DNA from: Bigelowiella natans CCMP2755
Lineage: Eukaryota > Protista > Cercozoa
NCBI GenBank assembly: GCA_000320545.1
Contig: ADNK01003381.1
Coordinates: forward strand, 1 to 64,000
DNA: 64,000 bases
Direction of reading: 5' to 3'
The notes beneath the pieces are model-generated. The model saw only the letters and a list, made by a program, of their open reading frames with translations, was not told where the DNA came from and ran no database searches. Made by a program: the position numbers and the translations under genes. Positions 49,860-61,738 of this stretch are shown piece by piece. Numbering within the stretch: the stretch's first letter is position 1; the number at the start of each line of letters is the position of its first letter.

Positions 49860-51156
49860 ATTTACAGGATTCAGCGGCACCCGAGCTGTCGCGATGGAAC
49901 TAGACGATTTCGTCGAACTTGTGGGCACAGGAGTGATCATGGTACCACGCCATCATCATGTTTATCATAACAATACTCGGAAGTTGAATGCTTTGCTTTA
50001 ATACACCCAGGGATATCCGTACACACATCGGGCGGAGGAGTACGGAAAGAAATCGAGTAGTAGTAATAAATAGCATCAGCAGTAGTAGTAGAAGTAGCAG
50101 TAGAGAACGTCAAGGTGTTAGCAAGAAACCAGAATTAACCATCTCACAATGCATGATATGGACACGGGCCAACATCTTGTTGTCATCAATGCAAGCAGAA
50201 GCCAGAAATTAGACAATTTGACATCTTGCATCATTTCCATGTGCCCACATGCCCACACAGCCTCTCTAGCTCTGTGCGTAGCGTGACTGGATTTCTAGAT
50301 TTTCCATGTCGGAAATCACTCAAGCACAGCAAAATGACTTGTTTTCATCGTTGTTTGAGGCAATATCCGATGTTTTCATTTCACGTCGCTGTACATCGCT
50401 AGATCGCTCATCGCAAAGATTGCAAAATGTTGCTGCACACTTCATTGGCCTCCGCGCGCTCAATCTCATGGACCACGCTAAAACAACAACAGAAGTGTTG
50501 GAGCATCACCTCACAGAAAAAGCAGCACCATGCATGCTCCTTGCACAGCACTGGAATCGTGCTGATTGAGGGTGTTGTCGCGCCCATTTCTTGTGTTTCT
50601 CTCTGTTCTCGTTTTGCGCTGTGACGACCACCGAAAAGCTGCTGCTCTGCAACCCAATTAGGACCAGCCCGTATGTTTTCTCTGAGTCCGCATGCATTAT
50701 TGTGAACGTTTGTGCATCAGCAGGGATGCGCTACATTTGCGCTACGCATGTTTCTTCATTGGAAGCTGTTCCCTTCGAGTGATGTGGGCATCAGAAGCGC
50801 CGAACCACTAAATGTAATTTTTCCAAAAATGCTAAGTCGTAGGCAAAATTCAGGGTAACTTACGGCTTATTTCTCATTACCAATTCCAACCGAATTACGG
50901 TCTGAGACCAGATTGATTCCTTGTCGTACCCAATGCAAACAGTGAACCTCTGGCTGCGAGTACTTCAACGTCGTCTCACGCCTTTTGCCTCTTTCAAAGG
51001 CATTGAGAACTGCTACATTTTCGAATGACGACAAGTGAAAATCGTCGCATTAATCATTATTGTCCACGGGTGTCAATTTACTTTCGACGTTGCATTTCTG
51101 ATTCCTCGCTTTTCGATTGTTCCTCAAAACCCTTCCTCTCTTCCTTACGGCCTACG

Positions 51157-51761
51157 ATGTCTGGAGCAGGCTTGTCACATGCACCTCCAATTAAGTCCCG
51201 AGACATTGGAGTGGAGAACATCCTTGAAGGGCTTCCAACGAATGTGCAAAAGGTACACCACGAGAGAGAGAGAGATCTATTTCTGCACATGACCGAGTGT
51301 TTTACGAATGATTGTGTTCTGGATCGACAGGAACTGGTTGGGTTTTCCGAGAATGATCTTTTAGGCCTTACCAAGGATGATTGTGTTGACATCTGCAGAA
51401 GCAGATCTCAGGTGATGTGACAAATGTAGCCTTGGGGTTTATGTTTCGCTATCGGGTGTTCGAGATGTAATAATATGATCTCAATACATAATGTTAATTA
51501 ATATATTTTAGACCTTGTTAATTTCGATACCATACAGCTTTCTACTGCGCGGATTATATCATAAGCCTGAGAACATAAGAATTTTCTACATTATACAGGG
51601 CATTCGTCTATATCGACGTATAAATCCAGTCTCTCCACAAGCTAGGCAGCAAGAGGAATCTCGGCAGGTCTTAATCTAGACTTCAATTCCCTCCATTCCC
51701 TACAGATACATGACACTGCTATTTAAAAATAGACTACCTTACTTTTTTATATTATCAATCT

Positions 51762-51815
<54 letters not shown>

Positions 51816-54454
51816 ATGTATAATATGAGCTTGCTCGCTACTCAACCTCTCGTTCCACACTAGATTCAAGATAATCTCAATGAAAATGTACTACTCAACG
51901 GAAATAGCAACGAAGGAGAGAGAAACAAAGAAAACGAAAGAAAGAAAGGCATTAACGAGAGTGAATCTGCAAATGGAGGAGGCAGAGTAGAAACAGGAGA
52001 ACTGGGTCCATTCGATATGATAGATCTCAATCTGTCGCCATCCAATAAAATAGATATCCCCCCCTTTGTGGGAGACGAAGAGGTAGTAGACCACATAACA
52101 ATTCAATGACTCGACCCTTTTATGAGGCAAAATGTGTTGATATGTACGAATGAACGACAGCCAATAAATCAATATTGCCGATGCTATTCTCCTCCTAAAT
52201 ACGGATGATCCTACTCGCCTTTCTGATTTATATTTATATCATTATTCAAAACTTTTCCACTTCGTTCATGTTCCTTCCTCTTCGTGTGCGGTTGAAGTTC
52301 AACAGTCACGATGGATCTCTTAGCCCCAGTCTCCAACGTGAGATAAAAATAGCGATATTTTCGAAGAGCGTGGATATATATGTGATTCAATTCAATGCAT
52401 TCAATATATTCAATCGCACAATTTTAATTATTAAAATAATCACCAACTTCCTCGAACCAAGAATGAAAATCCTCGTTTTCTTAGAATAGATTGTAGGAAA
52501 TCGGGAAATTATCAATCCCTAAAGAAGATTGAGTTATGAGATGACCATGTTGTGGTTATGTGGGGTTGGTGCATGTGGAAGAGGGGAAAGATGCGAGAGA
52601 AAAATTAGAAGGTTCTGCAGTGCTGATTAACAAATAATCATCTTAGTATACGGTCCCATTCCCAACGGCAAATTTAATGCTGAAAAAAACACCGAAATAG
52701 GGGGCGTGTCTGTCGATGAAAATGTAAGAGAAATGAGAGGTGGCGACAACCCTAACCCTCCTATTTTTCGTGGTGAATTGCTCTCGGCAGCAACAGGCAG
52801 AGAGCAAGTAAATTCGTCCAATGGTATAAATCTGTCCAGTAGTAAAGATCTGTCCAGTAGCAGAAGCATAACTGCGTATAATGGCCGAACAAAAGACGTA
52901 AATAACTATCCATGGGAATCTAATGATATGAAATACGAACAGATATTGACCTTAGAACCAGGCAAGTTCAAGAAAGTAAGAAATATGAACACATATCTCT
53001 TTGTCAATGGCCATCGTTCGAAGGTTGTACTTCGAGTAAGCAGGCGAATAAAAGACACAGCTTTCCACCATGGTAAAAAAATAGAGTTTGACGAACCGGG
53101 GTTATTAGTTTCCTTCTCAAGATTTGACGACCTCGGCCAAGTCCTCAAGAAGATAGGGAAAGATATTGTCTACATATGTGGGAAGATCATATTGAGAAGT
53201 AACAGACCTATAAACAGAGTGGAGCTCCTGAATAAACAGGGACAAAGCCTTAAAGGGAAAATCTATCCATCATTACTGTATCCTACAGATATGTCCTCGA
53301 GCTCCTCATCTAGCAACACTTCGTCTTCAGTTCTCAACTCACAACTTGTGCTGACAGAGGCGGAAGGTTAGCTCGTCTAGTATGAAGGAAGTTCAGACGA
53401 AGAATATTGTTTATTCCTATGCATTGACAACATTGTTCACTCTTCCACAACTACTTTCCATGGTCTCCCAAATTTATTTTTAAGCAAATAGATATTGCTC
53501 AACCATTAATTCAGGGAACACATACACCGACCTAATAAATAGCAATACCACACTGAATGGTCTATGCCCCCTCAGGTAAAACCGAGAATGCTGTTAGAGG
53601 CATTGACGACGCATCAAAGTCCTTATTTTCTTCCATGCCAAAAAATGACGAAAATTACACATTGTCAGCGTCACCATCTCCAAATCTAACTTCATCGCAG
53701 CCAATCGGAGTGAATAAAGGTATGAATGATGCTTAGATCCTTTAATTTTACAATTAAATAGGATTACTTCCCACTTCTTAGAACAAGTTAACACTTATCA
53801 AAATGGTTACACATAGATCAGAACCCCGAAATCCCAAAGAGGGCCGAATTGAGGTTCAGCATTCATTTTCTGGCAGCCAAGAAGTATGATATCGAGAATT
53901 ACGCCAAAGGACTACTTGAAGCTGGCGAGTTCATGAAGAAAGTGTTTGGAGTCATACCGAAAGAGTTTCGAGATGAAGATGCGGAGAGGAAAGCAGGAGC
54001 GATTGGCGAAGTTTCGGAGAATGTACAAAAAATTAAAGTCTCTCTGAAGCTGATGAAGGTACTTTGCATCATAGATATCGAAATGGTTATTTTGATTTGT
54101 TTGAAGCTAACGGCACCTAACTTTAAGGCGGAGTACTGCTGGGAAAACGTGTCTAGAATATGGAAAAACGCAGTGGAACTCTGGAAAAGGACAAACAATC
54201 TTCCAAAGGGTGTACGAAAGGGGGAATCTCCGATAGTCACCGAAGGATGCATTAAAATAACCCAATTTTTCAAAATGAGAGCAGAGGCAAAAGCTTCGGA
54301 GATGTTGGAATGGATATTTGACAAGAAAAGGCATCTGATGAGTACTCTCACGTTCAATGGAGAAGCCGTAACTGAGCCGGATATCGAATATATCTCTGCT
54401 AATCAGGCAAATAAATCAGGGATACCGAACAAGGTGCACGCAGAAAGAAACTAA
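51157..54454 (+). CDS. Multi-exon protein: N-terminal CP2-type SAM domain, unknown beta-rich domain (copy 2, ~52928-53285), helical C-terminus
   Basis: Exons 51157-51252, 51331-51411 and 51599-51667 splice to ELVGFSENDLLGLTKDDCVDICRSRSQGIRLYRRI, close to the TFCP2/LBP-1 SAM core ([30 protein letters not shown]); later exons include ORFs 52706-53371 and 53849-54454. Confidence 0.6.
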
Positions 54455-55330
54455 TATGACGATAACATTCATAGAAAATCAAACTATGTATATTTCTCTG
54501 TTTATAAATTTTGACATCTCTTGTTGTATTTGGGTCTCCATTCGAAGGTGTGGTTCGTATTTTCCAACGCTACAGAGCAGCTGATTTGACGAGTCGACTC
54601 GTTCCTCCAGCAGCATCCTTGTCTTGAGCAGAAGCCTTATCACCATGATAGTTTTCCTAATATCGAGCTACAACAGGTTGTTGAGAGAACGTGGATGTGA
54701 GTGAGTATTATGCTTGTCCTCGATATAGTGAATATATGTGCGTACGTTATATCCCTTGTCAGTGTTTGTGGATATATTTATGCAGTGTTCGATTTCCGTG
54801 TCTTTTGTCCATGCTAACTTCTGTACGGCCTAGCTACGTCAGCAACATAAATCTAGCATCATAATCCCACTTATTAGTTTCATTTACTTAATCAAAATAG
54901 CCTTCATAAATCTCTTCTAATTATTTTTCATCGATGATACTATGTCTTCCAATTTGGCATCTATTTCATTCTTATGTCTCTCTATTACCTTTCTACGACA
55001 GATCAAAAAGACTTATATTAGCAACAATGTTGAATTCCCTTTTCAACCGCCTGTCTTCCCGATCTTCCCTACTCCTATTCCAACCAATGTAAGATTATAA
55101 GCGTCTTCGCTTGAAATATAAACTACCATTTAGTTCCAGAGAGAAAGAGAGAGAGAGAGAGAAAGAGAGAGGAAGATGACGACGACAATAAGGAGAGAGA
55201 CGAGTAGAAACACTGACGAGTCATATTTGTAATACATCCATAACACCTTACAATTATTCATTGATGGAAATATTACTTACTGTTTTCCTTTATTTTATTA
55301 AAACCTGAGTCATTCAACACAAATATCTAG

Positions 55331-58300
55331 TCCTTACATGAAGCTGTTGCACAAAGAGACGGGGATACGATCGATCGACTTATGGAGATCGATAATATCA
55401 ACGTCGAGGCCAAGAATAACAATGGACTCACACCCCTTTACTATGCTGCTTGGAATGGCCATATTGATGCGGTGCAGTACCTGGTGGAGAAGGCCAACGC
55501 CGACGTCGAGGCCAAGAATAACGATGGATGGACACCCCTCCACCGTGCTGCTCGCAATGGCCATGTTCATGCGGTGCAGTACCTCGTGGAGAAGGCCAAC
55601 GCCAACGTCGAGGCCAAGAATAACTATGGATCGACACCTCTCCACTATGCTGCTCGACATGGCCATGTTGATGCGGTGCAGTACCTCGTGGAGAAGGCCA
55701 ACGCCAACGTCGAGGCCAGGGATGTGATCGGATACACACCTCTCCACTGTGCTGCTGACAATGGCCATGTTGATGCGATGCAGTACCTGGTGGAGAAGGC
55801 CAACGCCAACGTCGAGGCCAATAATAACGATGGATGGACACCCCTCCACCATGCTGCTCGACTTGGCCGTGTTGATGCGGTGCAGTACCTGGTGGAGAAG
55901 GCCAACGCCAACGTCGAGGCCAAGGATAGCCGCGGAAAGACACCGCTTGATATTGCGAGTCCAGGCTCTGTAAAAGATTATCTAAAGAAGGTATTCGCAT
56001 TATCACCTCTTTGTCGCCGCATCAATTTCAAAAAAACAAATCATTCTTTTATCACATCGCAGGCTGTACAAGCTCGAAGAAAGAAGGAACAGGTAAGCGA
56101 GTGCAGAGTAGAAAAAACAGTCAAAAAAATTAAAGATAGTTTAGCAAGAAGAATATTAATGGCTGAGTATTGATGTCACATTCACTGCAGCATGTGCAAC
56201 ATTGTGACATCTTGTCATGTAAGAAGAAGAAGAGCATATCTTCAAACATTTTAAGGGAGGAGAGGAGGAAAGTGAGAAAGAGAAGTGAGAAAACGATATG
56301 GGTGTTCTCAAGAGAACATGAGAGGAAAGAAATTTCATTTCTTCATCATTAAAGTTGGTTTGACATGCAACTTTCCATTGATGGAATTATTTTTCAAAGC
56401 TCTTTCTCGAAGCTTGTTGAAAAACCGTTTTCATTAATGCATACATTTAGGCATTACTCGATGCTGCAAGACGAGGGGATGTACATGCGATACGTCATTT
56501 TGTGGAAATCGATAACATCAACGTCGAGGCCAGGGATGTGATCGGATACACACCTCTCCACGCTGCTGCTCGACATGGCCATATTGATGTGGTGCAGTAC
56601 CTTGTGGAGAAGGCCGACGCCAACGTCGAGGCCAAGAGTAGGTTTGGATGGACACCCCTCCACCGTGCTGCTGATATTGGCTTTATTGATGTGGTGCAGT
56701 ACCTTGTGGAGAAGGCCAACGCCAACGTCGAGGCGAAGGATATATATGGATACACACCTTTACATCGTGCTGCTCGTAATGGCCATGTTGATGCGGTGCG
56801 GTACCTTGTGAACAAGGCTAATGCTGACGTCCACACTAAAAGCAAACGTGGAGTGACACTGCTAAGTTCTGCAAAAGGGTGTGCTGTTAAAGAGTACCTG
56901 AAAGAGGTATTACCATAATCGTCATCCTTCTATTTCGTTCAAGGTCTTGCTGATGATTATATATAACCACGAATAGGCTATCCAAGCACAGAAAGAAGCG
57001 CTGCTAAGGGTTGAGAAGAAATTAGTAGCTGAGAAGGTGAGCAAGTTAAAAGATAAAAGAGGAGCCAAGAGAGAAGAATAATTTGATATGGACCGCACAT
57101 CGATATATTTTGCTATGACAACGTCATAACTCATAAGCGAAAGACGCTAAAATAATAAGGGTGAGAGAATAGGAGGGCTGTGTATGGAGCGAGAGTTAGA
57201 GAAATGTAGGTGACCTCCACAAATCCATACCATTTTGTCCGTTTTTTTCAGTAGCAGATTTATCACATTCTTTACAATAAATATAGGATGTCGATAGGAT
57301 ATAGAGTATTAGACTATTGCACGTATATTCCTCAGCCATTATTATATTATGTTTCCAAGGGAGATATGGATACGACAACACACCGCCCTGAGAAAGCAGA
57401 TAACGCTAGCATTCTGGAGAAGGTATCCTCATTTGAACTGTGCAAGCGCCCAAACGAATATGCTTTCCTCTCTAATACTAAAAAAGATTTTGATGCAACT
57501 TACTACTCTGAATATGGAAGAGGAGCTTCATTTAAGCAAGGTATCTTTTGAAAGACTATGGGGTGTATACGTGGTCTGAGAGTGAATTATGTGTGTATAT
57601 ACTCGTGAACCTTGCTACATCGGCTACAATCTATGACGAATCGCAAGTGATTTTTGAACATGCTATCTATATATTGTAAACATGTGATCTATGATTAGAG
57701 GAGTACCTCTCAAGCTATCATCCAAAAGGCCGAAAAGATCTTATACGGGTTTGTCATCACATTTTACGCAAAACTAAAGAGAGGGAGAAAATGATGAGTT
57801 TTTGACACCACACACGCACTACACCCTTGAATACATATAGCTGTGTATGGGTCTACGCTGTATCACGAGGCTGGTTTAAATTTCCAATCATCTTATATCT
57901 CATCAGGGATGCCAGAAAGGCTTCAAAGGCAGAAATACAAAAACCTGGAGGTGTGTGCATAATAATGTGCATGTTTTCCATGTGAGACGTGCTGTACGCA
58001 CTTAGTGATTATGACTGCTAGATGCGGTTGCTCTAATCGGATTACGCATTTCAGGCCATATTGGAGAGGATACACAAATGGACGCCGTTCGTCGAGAACT
58101 TTTATCTTTAATAGCTAAGGTGTTAATTGTGTATACTATTATTATAATACTAGCATGCGTGTTGGCCTACAATAATGTTTCAGCAAAATAGCGCACTACA
58201 TATCTACACTATATTTGTCCCGCTGTGGAATAAACGACTGAATCATAGCAACTGCCGTTGCAGGTAAAGAACGAGAACTTAGAGCATTCGTCTTCGTCAT

Positions 58301-59265
58301 CTAAATTGTTGGGAAAGCGTAATCGATCTGAACAAGACGCCCTATCCTTGGATCAACAAAAGCAAAAACTTCTACAAACCGAGGTGATTTGCGTGCAATA
58401 CCATTTTAGTAGAACAAGACTAATCGCTATCGAGTCATCAAAATATACCCTCGACGGAGACTCAATGTGACACAACGTTATCATCAGGTGGTGGGGGGAG
58501 ATCACATCGTTGTCATCAAGGGATTGATTCCGGACGATTACAAAGATGTTCGAAACAACAACACGTACCTTTGGATAAACGGAGAACATCGCATAAAAGA
58601 CATCGTTCAAGTCTTTAAGCCTATCCAGAGCAAGCATGTAGTGAAATACGACTATGATGAGACGGTAGAGCTGCATGGAGACGCTGATGAGAAATTAGCA
58701 GTGAGGTTTCTACGGTCTGATAATGGAACAGTCCAGAGGATAACGCACAAACGTAAGGAATCCGCCACAATTCACCTCAGCGGAGAGATCATCCTCAAAA
58801 GCAACTTCCCCATTGAAAAGTTAGAGCTATTAGACGAAGATATGAAGCCCATCAAGAACAAAAAGTATAAGTGGTTGCTGTATGATGAGCCATGGAAGCG
58901 GCAGCAGCGGCAGCATCCTCTCGATTCTACATCATTTGCTAAGTTTGATTCATCTTGGAAACTTTCTAAAAGGGTTAAATTATCACCTAAATTGTCTTCG
59001 AAAGTTAAACCTCAAATTGCTGAATACGTACGTAAAACCGAGAAACATCATATCAAGAATGTTGATAACTCAATGAAAACAGAAACGACACAGGTACATT
59101 CAATTAATTACGATTCTGAAGGGATGATTTTGGTATGTTCTCTGTGTTTCCGATTGGCATACAACATAATAGATTTTCTAATAAACGTTGATCGGAAATA
59201 ATATTCATTTCATTGTTTTATAGAAATCGGCCATACGAGTAAATAAGGAACCTGGAATTAATTGA
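55331..59265 (+). CDS. Multi-exon ankyrin-repeat protein: two tandem ankyrin modules, then unknown beta-rich domain (copy 3, ~58490-58892); 5' end uncertain
   Basis: Ankyrin exons ~55331-55990 and ~56451-56907, each followed by a short coiled-coil exon (AVQARRKKEQ / AIQAQKEALLRVEKK); ORF 58467-59201; last exon KSAIRVNKEPGIN*. Linking these into a single gene is inferred. Confidence 0.6.
55400..55950 (+). repeat. Ankyrin array 2: 99-bp near-identical tandem units
   Basis: Repeated GCAGTACCTxGTGGAGAAGGCCAACGCCAACGTCGAGGCCA framework. Confidence 0.92.
56520..56865 (+). repeat. Ankyrin array 3: 99-bp tandem units
   Basis: Same framework; shares an identical 42-bp segment with array 2. Confidence 0.92.
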
Positions 59266-60110
59266 TTAGGCTTTGTCGGCCTTCTAGCCTTGCTAGCTTG
59301 TCTTGTTGTGGACTCCCTCAGCAGTTCTAGAGTTTAGAGATACTGCGCTTTTGTGAAAAATTCGACATTTATCTAGATGTCATACGCGCCAATCTAGCAA
59401 TGATCTATTTTCTGAATACATATTATTAACATCTACACATCTATGTATGCTAGTATGTCTAGATGTTAAAGTGAAACCTTCATGCTAGCTAGCTAGCATG
59501 CTAGAATCGTTCTAGCGTTACCACATTATTACATGATGCCATCTAGGCATGCTTATACGTAACGGTAGACATTTTAGAGAGACGTCTAGACGATTTAGAG
59601 AGCACTTCTAGACTTCTAGGCTTAATCTAGCTCCAGCTAGCTAGCTAGCTGTGGGATAGTACATCACATGCCTTCTAGCCTTGCTAGCTTGTGCTAGCTT
59701 GAATCTGCGCAACATGTGCTGCGCATGTACGTGCATTCATGTGCATTCAATGAAAGCCTTCACACATAAATACGATGTCTAGATGTCAGAATATGCATCC
59801 CCAGCAGTAGCTAGAGAGCAGCAGCGTTACACATGGAGTAATTTGTCGATGTAGTGGAACGCAACATTCTAGCATTCTAGCAACCAAGCAGGCTAACTTT
59901 GTTGTTATTATTTGTTGTTAGAAATAAATTTTAATAATTCACTATACACGTTATATTCACGTTATATTTATTGCTAAGAATTACTTACTAAATAACTCTA
60001 ATCGATAAAATAAAGTGTTAAGAACGGTAAATACAATTTAAATTCCGTTCGCAGATACTGCAGTGCATTAGCAACATGCTTGCATTCGAGATTGGAGGAA
60101 GAAATCCTTT

Positions 60111-61220
60111 CTACTTTGATGCCAGTACCTCAGGTACCGCCCAGGTATTTCTATCTTTCAGAGCGAACCGTACATCTACCGGAATGAACCCTATGACGCC
60201 ATGGATAATTTTGTGTAAATTTCATCATCATCACTACAACATCTTTGAGAAAAACTGTACCAATTCCGAATGAGTTTTTCTTATAACCATGGTAGAATTC
60301 CATCGCATTACCACTGTGCAACTGAAGAACCGAGACATGAGCGTTGAATAATATGAACGTTCTAAAAGAAAAACTTACCTTATTTGTTTTAATATATTTT
60401 TCGAGGGCGGGGTAGCAACGATGAACCATCAACAATATACTCAAGAAGCCAAGTTGGGGAATAAACTTCCACTTAGCTTCCACGGTTTTGCAACCCTAAG
60501 ATTTTTTAGGTAAGAATATTATACGCGCAGAACTAAAAATCGAGAATACCTACTAAAAATCGAGAATACCTGAAGCAAAAATGTTTTATATCCTGCCTTC
60601 AGTAGGCATTCCTTTGCACTAGCATCTATCGATTGAAGATATCATTGAGACCATGAAAACCACAATGGAGAATTTGGTCATTACCAAGGTCCTCTTCCAT
60701 AACTCCGACAGCCCACCTAAAAGGTAGAACTAAATGATTCGAAATATAACTCAAAAACAGAAAGCAGACAAACCTCGTCTTATCCTCAGGAGTTTTCTCA
60801 GGATCATCATAGTACACGCCTACCTAACGTGAATATAGACAAAAGTAAATGGTAGGCCCATATTTCTAATGGTAGGACTCATATTTCTTACCATCCTTGC
60901 GTTGTGATCGCAATTTTCCCAATGAGTGCAGAAAGCGCTTTAAATGCCGGTCCAACCTGAGAACATCTCATCGTCACACAAAACTACATTAACCCAAATG
61001 TTCTCTACCTTCTTCATTCCTCCCGTGTAGTACTTGTAAATGATTTGTTTAGGCTTCACATCCTCAACAGAAACCTGAAAGTCATGGGTTTCTTCAACAA
61101 AGTAGGTTTCTCTCGTTCCATCAACAATACCGTGGGCCAGGTAAACACTACCAGCTGCGCGAGAAAGCCGACGAATAGCACAAGAGCACTGACACCGAGA
61201 GCGATCCAGGGCGGACTCAT
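60111..61220 (-). CDS. TEX264-like protein (N-terminal membrane anchor plus GyrI-like domain), multi-exon
   Basis: Spliced: MSPPWIALGVSALVLFVGFLAQLVVFTWPT|VSVEDVKPKQIIYKYYTGGMKK|VGPAFKAL...VYYDDPEKTPEDKT|RWAVGV...GFLSILLMVHRCYPALEKY...AMEFY...PEVLASK*. Confidence 0.8.
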
Positions 61221-61255
61221 TGTTTGGGCTTTGATAGGTTGTGCAGGCGGGGCTC

Positions 61256-61301
61256 GGAAGACCTTCAGTCGTGTTTGTACAAACACGACGGAAGGTCTTC
61301 C
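61256..61301. promoter_or_regulatory. 46-bp spacer-less near-perfect palindrome in a divergent promoter
   Basis: GGAAGACCTTC-A-GTCGTGTTTGT|ACAAACACGAC-G-GAAGGTCTTCC; 22/23 pairs. Confidence 0.8.
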
Positions 61302-61738
61302 TTCTATTTTCTGCCAATAAATGCAATGGATTTGTTTCCAACGACAAGCCTATAAGACCCCTTCGCCCAAAATAGTCCTTACGAGCCCACAATTCAAGTC
61401 AGATGGATGCCTATAATTCGCGGTTTTTTTAGCAAAATAAATCTCATTTGATGGATTATTTGGTTGTCTCTCTGAAGATTATGTCAGAAATCGCTCTCGT
61501 CTGCAGTGCGACACAACGTCTTTGGGCTGAACAAAGAGAAACTTCTTCATCTATATTGCCCTCTATTTCTAGGAGAAGTATGGGTGCGTGCATTCCCCCT
61601 CCAGATTCGGTCAGCAACCTGGTAGAATATCACCCACGTAGACTCTCGACCCAAGCAATCAGGGCTGGAGGGACGCACCTGAATGCAGAGTAGTATGCAG
61701 TCGAAATTGCAGTCTCAAGAAGTCGAAAATCATTCCTA

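Noticed and set aside
55334-56845. Repetitive antisense and alternative-frame ORFs over the ankyrin arrays; CRISPR-like appearance
   Set aside because: Shadows of 99-bp coding repeats; units are contiguous in-frame ankyrins, not repeat-spacer arrays, and there are no cas genes.
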